A stretch of DNA of 63,721 bases, counting the filler, from Dirinaria sp. TL-2023a (taxonomy: Eukaryota): assembly GCA_051941275.1 (NCBI GenBank). It is 4 parts of 4 records of this genome, joined end to end, with 100 filler letters (N's around TTAATTAATTAA, not from the genome) between each part and the next. Parts side by side here need not be neighbours in the genome. Positions count along the whole stretch, not along the records: positions 1 to 15,866 come from JAVEBF010000520.1; 3 more parts are not named here. One strand, written 5' to 3'. The notes under the pieces were generated by a model. It was not told the origin of the DNA, ran no database searches, and saw only the letters and a program-made list of their open reading frames with translations. Below, one piece after another: positions 1 to 11,958 of the stretch (its first letter is position 1; each line of letters opens with the position of its first letter). The translations under genes were made by a program, and so were the position numbers.

Positions 1-2994
1 CTCCTCCTCCTCCTCCTGCTTCTGCTGCCCCTCTTGCTCTTTCGCAATCTTCGTAACCTTATCACATCCCAGCGGCGCTTGTATGGCAGCATCGCTATGA
101 TGAGGGACACTAGACTCGATTTCCTTGGCTTGGTCTTGATCGGGTGCCGGTGATGCTTCCTTAGAATCGACTTCCACGTCAAGAGTGATAGATTCTTCCT
201 TCTGCACTTTTTCTTCATCCAGCGCTCCTTGCTTTGGACAGTCCTCCATACAAGGCGGAGTAGACGCTTCCTTTTGCACAGCTCTGTCCGCAATGCTATC
301 GGCCTCGATTATCTTGTGGAGCGCGTCGGGAGAAATTGTCGCTGCTCTCCCTAAGACTTTGCTGTCGGTATCGTGAGGCACTGGGCCATTGGGGTCGATG
401 TCCGGGGTCTTTGTATCTTGGATTAAGGCCGCAATGCGCTCGGAGTGCTTGTATAGATCCGCAGCTGCTACACCACGTATCTGCATCTCACGCGCCACAT
501 CCAACCATAAAATGGCTGGCTGATTGGCGCTACTCAGATAAGTCGGATCACTCTTATCCAAGGGCTTCGACACACCATCGGCGTACAGGAGTTGCGCGGT
601 CTTGGAGAAGCTCTTAGAGATAAATGAACAAGTTGAAGAAAAGCTGATCGACTCGGATAACAGGTTTATCCTCGAATAGAATGACGTCCTCGTTGGCTTG
701 GAAACTGTCGAGGAGATGGGTAGGTCGACTTGAGGATCTCTGACAGATTTGCTTTCTGCCTTCCGATCATAGAAGACCTTTGTTAAATTCCGCATTCTTG
801 TAGAGGCGGCTAACAGTCCATGGGGAATGTGAAAATGTCCTCGACCATGAGCATCTTGCTTCGGCAAACACCGCATCGAGGTTCGAACTCCATCGGACAC
901 ACAGCAGATGATTGATGGAACTCTAAGCCAATGCCGCTTTTTTTGGCTTTTGTGACTCGGTAGCTGCCCAGCCACTGAGCGTAGAGAGTCAAACATCTTG
1001 AGGAGGGTGGGAGGTGCTTTGATGTTCTTGTGCTTAAAGCAAAAATATGGATTGCAAAATGCAGTGCAAGAAGCTGCGGGCAATACCGAGCCGTAATCAG
1101 AGGTATCGGCTGCAACGGCGTCACTGGATCCTACCAAAAGCACGCCAGAGCCCACTTCGTTACAGCGTGCATCTTCAGATAGCTCATCATCTCCGGAAAG
1201 AGCATGTGGATTACCTTCACCCTTGCCATGATAGATTGGGGGTTCCTTGCACACACCTTCGTGTCCATCTGGAACTATCATCGCATCAGGAAGACTATTC
1301 CCATCGCATTCGTATTGCGATTTCGTCACATAAGCTTTATCGCAGCGATACTGAATGCTTTGCTGTCCGTCCTCATCGGGCTGTTCCGCAGGAGACACGT
1401 CTTCCATTTCAGGTCCATTCAATTCGGATGACTCTTTGTCATCATCAGAACCTTCTTCTTCTACCTCTTCCTCCTCCTCTTCCTCCTCGGCAATCAGTCG
1501 CTTCCACTTGGGTGCTGTTAGCCGCCGGATTTCGTCGAAGATAGTATCCACCACATGCCATGTGCACATGGGATCATTCGCCGCCGCGTCTAAGCCTGCG
1601 ACTATCAAAGACTTTCGAGTGGGAGCAGAAGCTGTAGTAGGAGCCGGGCGGAACATTGGTCGCTCGCTGCCGTTGGGAACTTTGTCTTCGATTATCTTTT
1701 CCATAAATTGGCTGTACATATTTCGATAGTACGCGAGCTCTTCCGGCGAATTATCTCGTGGGTAGCATTCAACTTTTGGCTGGCCCGTTTCAGTGTCGTA
1801 GTTGTACATTTGGGCGGTCCAATCTCGAGTCAACCACAAAGGATAGCTTCTGCATCCGAGCATTACTGATGAGGCCGCAACGCCATCCCAGTCAATCAGC
1901 CCTCGGAGAGTACCATCGTCCGATACAAGAACATTTTGCAAGTCGAGATCTGGATGCGTCAAGACGAACCTCCCTTCTCCGCTTGCCACGTCTTTTGGAA
2001 GCCACTGTATGAACAGGCGGCAAATCTCATACATCCCTTTTCTAAGTTTTGAAAACGGTCTGTGCCGGTCGAGTAAGTACAGTAATTGGTCCCGCATGTC
2101 AGTGAAAGGGCCAATATTGCAGAACGCGGTAGGCTCGTCGCACTCAGGTTCACCAAGCCTATGGTACATCGTCGAGGTGTCGTAGACGCGGGAAGCTGTG
2201 ATGTCTGTGATCACGCCATCATCATCGAAACAAGGAGCCCCAGCTTTTGAGTATTTGTATGCATTGAGTTGCACCGTGGCTGATGCAAGTGTCTCGAGTG
2301 CCCGTGCTCGGAAAGATTCCAGGGACTCCGACTCTTCATTGAACCAACCGTGATACAATGGCGTGCCATTCATATACTGCATCAATATGAAAGGGCAGTT
2401 AAGCTCATTTTCCAGAGATGTATTGAAAGAGTATACGGCAGGGACTGGAATCGTGGTCTCAGAAGAGAGTTTTCGCATCATCAAAGCCTCCGATCGCAAA
2501 GCATTGGCAGCAAGGGAGTCCCAGCTCCCTTCGTAGCCAGCGGCAGGAACTTTGAGGATCCAACGCGTACCGTCATTGAATGCCAGAGGGAACAGAACAT
2601 GGAAAGACCCGTAGAGCGGTACCCCCTCAAGGTCACAGTCGGTATCCAGCTCTCGTAGACCACTCGTGTCGTGCAAGTCGGGGGTCTTTTCGCCGGTTAG
2701 GGACTTACGGATAGCAGAAGCGTAAGCCGAGACTTTTCCGAAATCAATACGGTCGAAGACCTCATCAAACCTCGACAAATCCTCCTCCCCATTTTGAGCT
2801 GCCCCTTTAATTGAAGTCTCATCACCATCATCCTTATTCAGTGTTCCGTCGGGGTCGCCGATGTAGGAAGTCTTGAATTTGCTGGCAACACGAGAAATTA
2901 CTGGAACTGTATGAAATGCTTTTGACACAACTCCACTTAGTAAAATGTTACGAGTGCAGTTTGTACGAAATAGCATAGTGAATACTGCTAGCAT
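1..2994 (-). CDS. Aminoglycoside phosphotransferase (APH)/choline-kinase-like protein with long acidic, low-complexity C-terminal extension; runs off the contig edge
   Basis: Manual minus-strand translation from ATG 2994 (or 2976) gives GSFHVLFPLAFNDGTRWILKVP, SEALMMRKL..TTIPVPAVY, FVLTHPDLDLQNVLV and GLIDWDG (APH HxDxxxxN and IDW motifs). The same frame is still open at position 1 (KQEEEEE). It is absent from the ORF track, consistent with no stop in the window; I did not translate every codon. Confidence 0.85.
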   Translation of the reverse strand, partial: MLAVFTMLFRTNCTRNILLSGVVSKAFHTVPVISRVASKFKTSYIGDPDGTLNKDDGDETSIKGAAQNGEEDLSRFDEVFDRIDFGKVSAYASAIRKSLTGEKTPDLHDTSGLRELDTDCDLEGVPLYGSFHVLFPLAFNDGTRWILKVPAAGYEGSWDSLAANALRSEALMMRKLSSETTIPVPAVYSFNTSLENELNCPFILMQYMNGTPLYHGWFNEESESLESFRARALETLASATVQLNAYKYSKAGAPCFDDDGVITDITASRVYDTSTMYHRLGEPECDEPTAFCNIGPFTDMRDQLLYLLDRHRPFSKLRKGMYEICRLFIQWLPKDVASGEGRFVLTHPDLDLQNVLVSDDGTLRGLIDWDGVAASSVMLGCRSYPLWLTRDWTAQMYNYDTETGQPKVECYPRDNSPEELAYYRNMYSQFMEKIIEDKVPNGSERPMFRPAPTTASAPTRKSLIVAGLDAAANDPMCTWHVVDTIFDEIRRLTAPKWKRLIAEEEEEEEEVEEEGSDDDKESSELNGPEMEDVSPAEQPDEDGQQSIQYRCDKAYVTKSQYECDGNSLPDAMIVPDGHEGVCKEPPIYHGKGEGNPHALSGDDELSEDARCNEVGSGVLLVGSSDAVAADTSDYGSVLPAASCTAFCNPYFCFKHKNIKAPPTLLKMFDSLRSVAGQLPSHKSQKKRHWLRVPSIICCVSDGVRTSMRCLPKQDAHGRGHFHIPHGLLAASTRMRNLTKVFYDRKAESKSVRDPQVDLPISSTVSKPTRTSFYSRINLLSESISFSSTCSFISKSFSKTAQLLYADGVSKPLDKSDPTYLSSANQPAILWLDVAREMQIRGVAAADLYKHSERIAALIQDTKTPDIDPNGPVPHDTDSKVLGRAATISPDALHKIIEADSIADRAVQKEASTPPCMEDCPKQGALDEEKVQKEESITLDVEVDSKEASPAPDQDQAKEIESSVPHHSDAAIQAPLGCDKVTKIAKEQEGQQKQEEEEE

Positions 2995-3848
2995 TCACAG
3001 CAGTAGACCGAAGCAAACCCGTACGCTACTTGCTGACGTGGTGGACAAGTGTATATATTGGTAATTCCGGAAGTAGGGTTAGCCAGTAAGTGTTGACTAA
3101 CAGAGAACGCGGATATTCTGAACACTGACAGGGAGCTGACTGTGTGGTGCGGGTCCAGCGCTCCACTGTACCGTTTCTGAAAAGATGTATAGTCAGTAAC
3201 CTTCTTGAAAAACATCTGGTTCATGTCTCGAGGCAGGTCCCACCTTCGATCGCAGCGATCGCAAACGCTACTTCATACCTGCCCGATGATCCCAAAGAAA
3301 TATTTAAAGCATTACAAAATCCCTCTTTGAAACAAGATGCTTTATCTTGATGTTTGTCTTGAGGATTCAGGACATCAACAGTTGAAAAATAAGTAAGCAA
3401 ACTGAAGCCGCACTCTGCTTTTATATAAGGGTGCCAGGTGGCAATGAAGCCAAGATCTATCAACACACCACGCCTCTCCACACCACTTCTTCTATCACCT
3501 AACGGCAGGTTTTGATCGTGTAGTTGCTTGAAATATGGAACGAATATACTACTGATTCTGTAACACGCCCCTTCTGCACCAGCCGAAAGCGACCTTTGGT
3601 ATATCTCTATACCTGCAACACAGAAAAACTCTTACACGCACCTGGAACACGCCACTCTGCACCGAGTATATAATGTCTTTCTCCTGTTGTCATCTACGCT
3701 TGGTATTGCCTCCTTTCTTTACCATTGCATACGTCTTCTTGAGACTAGGACAGAATTTTCATCTTCTTGATCAGCCTTCTCATCTCTAATGGTAGGTGCT
3801 TTGGGACATCTCAAACTCGGTTTAAGTCTGATTGACGTGCTTTTTCAG

Positions 3849-4415
3849 ATGCCTAAGTTCACAGCAGCTTTCCATGCGCCTGGAGCTCGCCGTGACAGAG
3901 CTCTAAGGCCAGCAACAGCCCCTAGCATCTCTAAAAATGGCGATAATCGAACCACTCAAGCTTCGAATGTCCAGCGACGCAAGCTTCAGGAGCTGCAGCC
4001 CAATACGAACCATCTTCCTCAGAAGCCAATTCGGAATGACCCTGTATCTTGTACGAATCGAACACACCACTGGTATGAACAGTCAACCTATGCTCAAGTT
4101 ATTGCTTGCTGACACACATGGAGCTTTGTCTGTAAGAAGGCACCAAAGGCAAGCTGCATTACCTCCAATCACCTCGTGGGCTGCTCAAAACATAATACCT
4201 ATTACCCTCCTGGCTCTTATTGCAAGGAATGCGTCGGGGAGGAGAGTGCCGCAGCGAGGAGGGATAAACAAGCCGAGGCAAAAGCGAAGAAACTGGCCGA
4301 ACAAGACGAAGCAGGGGACTGGTACAAGCAGGGCCCAGGCAGGAAAGGCAAACCGCGCCATAAACATTTAGAACATGCCAGCCAATCTTTAGCTCTTGAA
4401 GATTACGAAAGGTGA
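3849..4415 (+). CDS. Small Cys/His-rich orphan protein, 2+ exons
   Basis: Intron 4073-4123 (GTATGA..GCTGAC..GAG) joins ORFs 3789-4112 and 4176-4415 in frame: SCTNRTHHCFVCKKAPKASCITSNHLVGCSKHNTYYPPGSYCKEC. An upstream intron 3792-3848 is possible. Confidence 0.55.
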
Positions 4416-7265
4416 AATACCTATCTTAGCTGTGTGTTGGTAAGTTTTGGCATCTTGGAGCCTGTCTTTGCGCTGTCTAATATATTATAAGCAGGTACCA
4501 AGCAAGGAGAGTGTTTCTTCTTCGCTTGTCTTCAACAGCCAGGCATATGAAGTGGGCGGCTTGAGCATCATGTTGGACTGGTGAAGTGAGCTAGATGAGA
4601 TCCCATGGGCTTGCAGTAGATGATAAGCAGACTTCAGCATGCATTTAAACTTGTGCTTGATCAAAGCCATTCTTGCACGACTTGCCTCAACCCGGCCTTC
4701 GTTGGAACTCTTAGGCTCTGGCTCGTACCATTATTGCTAGTGCTGCAGTTAGTCTGCGAAGCTGTGAGATCTGAATGTCAGCCCTGGAAACTACATAACT
4801 TATGCACGGACCCCATCCGCCATGTAGGCCCTTGCGACCTTACACAATACACTCTCCGGCGTCATACCATAGAACAAATAGTACATGCGACGACAGACCC
4901 AAGGTTCAATGAGCAGATAATTAGCAAGGAGGGACGAAGGAGACACTTGATGATAAAAGAGATGTAAACGTCTCCCAACCCCCAAAATTTCGCGGACATG
5001 AGAACGACAAAGAAAATAGTTGATGGAAAAGGGAGGTCGCTAACAATGGAGGATCCAACTAGTGAACTATACACAACTCTAATCCCTCATAGGCCACGCT
5101 GCAAAGATATGGCGCATAGGATACTAATCCATTGAAGAGCAATATCGACCTCATCTCTATCACTTCGCCCTAGCAATCGCGCATGGGGATTTTCCATGCA
5201 GGTCTATGCATACAAATTGAGAGTGCAAATTGAGGAATTCCTAGCCATAGATGGCTATGTGATGCGGTGGGACAGAGAGCTGGCGATATAGTGGCTTCCC
5301 AAAAACAATATAGTTGAGGATGCAAATCACGGAGTAGGTACGTCTATTTAGCGTCTTCAATTGCCACAATAAGCCTCATACAGATAGCTTTCTGCTAATG
5401 ACTTGTTAGCATCGAAAATTCAAAGTCCTGTGCACCGTGAGTCCATTTATTCTACAGGTCTACACATTAAGCCAAGTGCCTATTTTCTTATTGCGGACTA
5501 GTAATAGTGCCCCAAATGGAGGCAACTATTGGCAGCAACGGCAAAGTTCGAAATATTCGGTCCTGTCTTTTCACTAGTTGTCATCCCGATACTAACACGT
5601 ATGGCTCTAGATTTAGCTCAACGGATTTTGTATTTCAAGCAGCTTCTGTTTTCTGAACCAGCACGTACCATCAGCTTTGTTGGCGCTTTCTGCTTTGCAG
5701 CCTCTGATAGAGCCTCTGTTCGCTTCTGAATAGTTAGAGCGTCGAGAGGCATAGCCCAATAGATGTCTTCATCCACAGCCGTGTCAAGATAGGATGGCCC
5801 GCAGGCCCGCTCAACCTTGGGACGACGAAGATGTGTTACTTGAGTTAAGCGCCGTGGGAAGGCCGGGTAGCAATTGGGCTCATTATTAGCTTTTCCCCTC
5901 TGGGCTCGTCTTTCGTGCCGATTTCGATCCGAGAAGTGGATCTCTTCCTGAATTTCGCATGTTTCAAAGGAAGATACGGGATCGCGGCAGTAGACGCCAC
6001 ACGGTCTTCCATTTCGAACAAATGCAGACAACAAAGCGGCTATGCGTTTCAGATAGCTGCGCGATTTATGTCTGGGATCGGATAAGTCACCGTAGAAAAG
6101 GAGACGTTCAAAGCCACCCAAATCATACTCACCTTTTCGGCGGAGTGAGGTTCTCCGTATGGTGGCCTGTGCACTGGTCCGTTCGTGTTGCAGATTTCAT
6201 AGCTTGATTTCCTGCGGAGCCTCCATCCCCAGCCCCTGGTATCTCGCTTTCCTTATTGACTCCGTACGAGAAATGTTTTCTCGTGGCTTCTTGACTTCGG
6301 TCCGTTGGGCAAACAGATTCGGAGCCTGGATCCGCATCCGCACCGCCTTGAGTGACCAGAACCGCACGGACTTCCTGGTCCTGCTGGGTATCTCTGCTTT
6401 GCCTCCCAATTGAGCATCTTCGGCGGCTCTTAACAGGCCACGCGTTTGACTTTTTCAAGACGTGGCCTAGTCGAAGGCGATCATTTACTCTTGAGAACAG
6501 CATTTTTCAACGCGATTGCAGCGCGGATGTTTAGGACAAGCTGATTTGTCTCGAAGATGTCTCTTTCAAAACATTGACACATAGTTCTTAACATCTTGAT
6601 GACTTCATCAATGAAGCCCGACGTGTGTGCTGACTGGCTTCCTGATGACGAAGCTGCAAACAGTAGGACGCATAGGGAAAAAATCCATTCTTGCGCGCTT
6701 GCTACATTCGGAATTCCGGGATCTGAGGAACATATTATTGCATCTAGATTAAATAGCAGGATTGAGAGTTACTGAACAGAATCATTGACCGCGGCTTCAA
6801 TATCCCCTCCCCGCCAGTGCATCGATGAAATGTCCGGAGTCGGCCACACTTTGTTTTGGTTCGATGGTTGAAATTCGTCGCCTAGACGAAGCTCTGACCT
6901 TAGCATCACTATTCTGAGCGATGTGGTTCAGGGTTAGCTACGGCATTGCCTTGGTGAAATAAATAGCATCATATCGGTAAACGTTAAGAACCAAGAGTGC
7001 CTGATTGCAAGTAGATGCACCGTTTTCGCTAGCTTGCACGTCCTGCCATTAAGGTATTTCACATAGCATTTTCAATACAGCTAAACCTATAGCAGATTAA
7101 TACGTACACAAATATTACCATATGCAATCAAAGGATCCATGCTGTCAATAATAACGACATGGAGATGGACTACTGGCAACTCACGCTGTCGTGCTAGACG
7201 GACAATTTCAGCAGGTTCACCTTCGGATCTTTGGCCATCTCCATGCAGTCTCTCATCCCCGCACT

Positions 7266-10200
7266 ATGTCATCTCCAGCCTCAAGGCGATCAATCGACAA
7301 TGCCAAATCGCCCCGACCAAGTTCTTCCTCAAGCTCGTATCCCTTTCCCCAGGATAGCTTTCTCCAAGGCTCTGGTTCAAATAGTCGATACAGCGGAAGG
7401 CATGGATCAAGATCAGGCTCCATCACATCGCTTGGCGGAATCCTGGATTCTTCGGCGCAGATTGGGGGAAACACCATAGCCGAGGCGGACAACAATGGTC
7501 AGGATTCTGAGCCTTCGCATCGACCTAAATGATCTAACATTATTTCTACAGCTATTTCAACTCTTCTCCAAACGCCAATAGTTCGCACTGGCCTACTTCC
7601 CCATACTGCGGTCCCAGGCGCACAGAAATTTCCATCCGCCCGCGACATCCCACCCGTCACACTCAGCAATATCCCTAACGTTGATTCGTCCGTGTTCAAG
7701 CCATATCTTGCGCAAGCTGGATCTCTTTATGAAGCTTTTCGGCGGGCAAAGGAAAGTAACGACCTGGCCGGCTCATATCGCGGTCGAAGATCGAGAGCAA
7801 CTTCGAAGACAGATGGAGGGAAGTCGCCTGTTGCATCGACTTCACAACCAGTAGGTCCTTCGTCGCCCCTCGTTGGGTCACCTCTCGAGCCTCCACTGCA
7901 CACGAGGAGAGCAAGTGGAGGAGGCTCTCGCCGTGGACTCCTTCCAGTCACACCGCTATCGACAATTCCGAGCGTATATTTCGAGGAAGGGTTTCATCTG
8001 GAAAATCCGCGGACCTTTGATATAGTCAGCGAGCGCTCAGAAATTGTCCGTCAGAACGGAGATACAAACGAAGCTGGTGGTCAGTAATTCTTTTGCTTTC
8101 GTTATCCCTGGATGAATGAATACACAATTCATCTATTACGACTGAACGAGGGCTGGGTCCAGAGTGTACGCATTATGCCAAAACCTATTCCAAGTACTCA
8201 TATTTTGACCATTGGTGATGACCACTAGAACGATCTCTTATGTTGTATTTTAATTTCTTCTCGCAAAACATTGAATCAACTCACACCTGTTATAGTTGGT
8301 AGGAAGGCCCTCTCTACGAACGCGATCCTCCAAGAGAAATTGTCCTGGTTCATGGACACGGTCGAGTTGCACCTTATATCGTCGATATCCACTGCCTCGA
8401 CCTCCCTCTTCACTGCTCTCGGATCGCTGAAGGAATTGCACACCGAGGCCTCGGAGTCAGTCGCAAAAGTCAAGAGCTTAAGGGACGACCTAGAAACACT
8501 GGATAAGGAGATGGCTATTGGTGGTCTCAAGGTGGTCGCGTTGCGGAGGCGCAGGGAGAACGTTAGAAAGCTTGGCGCTGCTGTTCAGCAACTACAGGAT
8601 GTGATCCAAGCCGTATCCCAGTGCGAGGAACAAGTCGACAGAGGAGACGTTGATCTAGCGTTAGAGACACTGGACGACGCCGAGAGATTGATCGCTGGAG
8701 ATACAGCCGAAAGCTCAAGGCCTGACGATGGAGAGTTTCGGCTGCTGGGGAAACCTCTAATCGACCTGCGAGGAGTAGCAGCACTGGAAGGCTCGACAAA
8801 TGATCTGGCGAACTTAAGAAGACGCATAGGCAAAGGGTTTGAATCGCGATTCATGGAGGCGCTACTAGGGGATCTCCGCAGTCACGTCGACCAAACAGCG
8901 GCTCTTATCACACTTCAACGATGGGACAAAGCTGCACAACGGGCTCGAGGATCTCATTCACGTGCACCATCAGTATATCCGAGTTATCTACACCTAGATG
9001 ACTCGTTAAGGCAGGCTTTACGCGCAAATCTTGAAGGTCTAAATAGATCAGAATGTGTCATGCCAGCTACCACTGCGTATCGGGAAGGGGTGTTAAAGGA
9101 AGTCAAGAATCTTATCAGACGCCATTTACCAAGCTCAAGCGACGATGACGCTGAGTCTACAATGTCTGCTTCGACGCACGGTGGCCGCCCCACGACACAA
9201 CAGGAGAGGTCATCTATCCTCGCTCGGAACCTACGTGCGCTTGACTCGGACGATGCGGAGCAAATGCTCAAGAAGATATACTCGAACGTAGGTGAAGCTC
9301 TAAGGAGGTTGGGAACGCAAGTCAAGGTCTTGTTAGACTTGACGAGCGGCATCAAAAAGCCCCCATCGACAAGCAAAATCACTTCACCACTCAGTCCACC
9401 CATAGCAAACATGGATAGCTACATGAACGGTTCAGCCACTAATCAACGCTCTATTTCTCGTGCTCGCGCTCCCAGTGAAGACATTCAGCAAGCGCTCGAT
9501 ATGTCTAGTATCTTAGGTCAAGCGGTAGATATCGCTCAGACGCAGATAACCAAGATTCTCAAAGTCCGGGCTGAACAAACCTCTCATCTCTCTCTGGCTG
9601 ATTTCTTAAGATACTTCTATCTAAATCGTCTCTTCGCCGATGAATGCGAGGCTGTATCTGGCCGAGGCGGGGCTGCTCTCAAGACTATCGTCAATAACCA
9701 CATCAAAGATTTTGTTGCGCAATTCAGTAATAACCAGCGTCAAATCCTAGTCCAGGGTATGGACACGGATCGATGGGATGCCAATGACTTTACAGAGCTC
9801 GACAGTGGTGCCCTTTTAAACGTTCTGGAAGCAAGTACTAAAGACGTTGATTCGTGGACTAAACTCGCTCAACTCTGGCCGGATGAACACAAGATAACGA
9901 ACGGCGATAGCCAAGACGCCGAAGAAAATCCCAGTGCCGTCCAGGCTGCGAATGACAAAATTCGTAGAGCTACGATAGATGAACAAAAATACATCCTGCC
10001 GGGGTCGGCCATCACCGTCTTGCGAGGTATTTCCGCCTTCGAGCAGCTTATAACAGGTATACCTAGTATGGCCCAGGAAGTTACTGCGTCACTTCTTGAG
10101 TACCTGAAGCTTTTCAACTCTCGATCGTCACAGCTTATTCTTGGGGCTGGAGCGACGAGGAGCGCCGGGCTTAAGAACATCACGACCAAACATCTAGCGC

Positions 10201-10876
10201 TAGCATCTCAAGCGCTTAGCTTTGTTATTGCCTTGATACCCCATGTTCGCGAGTTTGTTCGCCGCCACGCCCACGCATCCGGAAACCTAATGGTCGAGTT
10301 CGACAAGGTCAAGCGCCTGTATCAGGAACATCAATCCGGTATCAATGACAAGCTTGTCGACATTATGGGTGGCAGGGCTGGTACCCATATAGGTGCTATG
10401 AAGAAAGTTGGCTGGGACTCCAATCCCAGCGCTCAAGCCGTCAACTCGTATATGGAGACGCTGGTCAAGGAGACGACCACGCTTCACAAGGTGCTCGGCA
10501 AGCACTTGCCCGAAATGACGGTGCAAATGATCATGGAACCAGTCTTTAGCAGCTACCGAGAACAATTGGGAAAGGCGTTTGCCGACGTGGAGATAAAGAC
10601 CTCGAGCGGAAAACAGCGGTACACCTCCTATTGCCATGTCCGTCATGCTGCAATTCATGGCTAACTTGTGATTTTAGAATGATGCGTGATGTCGAGTTCT
10701 TCCGCTCACGTATCAGCAAGCTGGAAGGTTCTGGCTCACTTGGAGACTTCCTTGTCCAGCTCGTTGACAATAAACCTGTCGGTGAAGAAGGAAAGCCATC
10801 AACCGATGCATCTGAGCAGCCCAATGGCAAGGCAGACCAGAAAGCATCGCAGGATGGAGTCGACGAAAAAACTTGA
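7266..10876 (+). CDS. VPS54: GARP complex subunit Vps54
   Basis: Exons 7266-7497, 7552-8079, 8296-10618 and 10678-10876 splice in frame. Motifs AISTLLQTPIVRTG, LSTIPSVYFEEGFHLENPRTF, NAILQEKLSWFMDTVELHL and QLILGAGATRSAGLKNITTKHLALASQ. Confidence 0.95.
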
Positions 10877-11958
10877 TTGCTCAAGTTGGGACCTTGACGT
10901 GCAACTGATCGTGCCCAGCTCGGGTGTTGCAGGAGTTATGCTGGTGCTCGAAAATTGCAGTGGTTGACTGAGCACTTAGTCTTCTTCGATCGAGCGGGAG
11001 CTCATCAATCCTCTTCCGAGCTAATTCCTACCGATTTCCTTTCTAATTTAGCATTCTGTATACTGGATCCTGCATGGACAGCGAGAGCGATGAGCAGCGC
11101 AAGCATCTGGAGCATTAGCGAAGCGTTCTGGGAGTCATTGTAGCATAGTGTATCTAATGGAACCTTCATCTGACTGTACAGAGAATTGCTGCATGGGCAG
11201 GCAGTACCTTAGGTGGCTCGTTTGCTTTCCGGTAAGGCCATTACGTTTTGATGCTTTAATCAATCTAAATAGCATCTCTAGTGCAGGCGGGGCTCCAACT
11301 GGCCGATCCCGGAGCGAGCTTCTCCATCTGCGAGTATCTCGTGCTTTCAGATGGCGCTGGGATCTCATGCAAAGCCTATGAGACGAAATCTTTCGTCCGG
11401 CTTGATAGTAGTGTCAAAGCCGGTCTGAGTGATCTGTGCCAGCACGGCCGGAAGGGGAAAGATTGAAGATATCAATACCTTGCTTACCCCACCTCGCGCG
11501 TGATCTAGTAAACATTCATCGATCATACCTTAATGTGTTCTTGACCTTCTTCCCAGCCTGTTCGATTTTTTCCAGTTTCTACCCTTGAAATCCTGAAGTT
11601 CTTGCGTACTGGATCTTTCAGTTCGGAGCATTGGATAGATATATTCAGGAGCTAAGACGAGCTTGAGTAGTGGGCGAGGGTACGTCAGATCGCAGCAGTT
11701 GCTGCACGTCTTGCCAAGCCTTTAACTGAACATGTGGGGGAGCTTGAACTGGGAGCCAAAGCAGGCCGAGGGAAACCCCCCTTTCAACACCTTCAACAAC
11801 TTCACACTACCTCATCTACCACTGATCTTGAGTCATAAACACTCTGCAACGACCCGTCTACTAACATGAGCATGATAATTCTCTAGTCCGGTTCCCTCGG
11901 TCCTCTGTGTTCAACTTGACCCACCATTCTCTGATCCGACCATCGTGTTCGAGACAAA

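Noticed and set aside
5529..6900. Minus-strand ORFs 5618-6121 and 6129-6503 as a gene
   Set aside because: No recognisable motif and no convincing splice path; may be a degraded or orphan gene, but I cannot support it.
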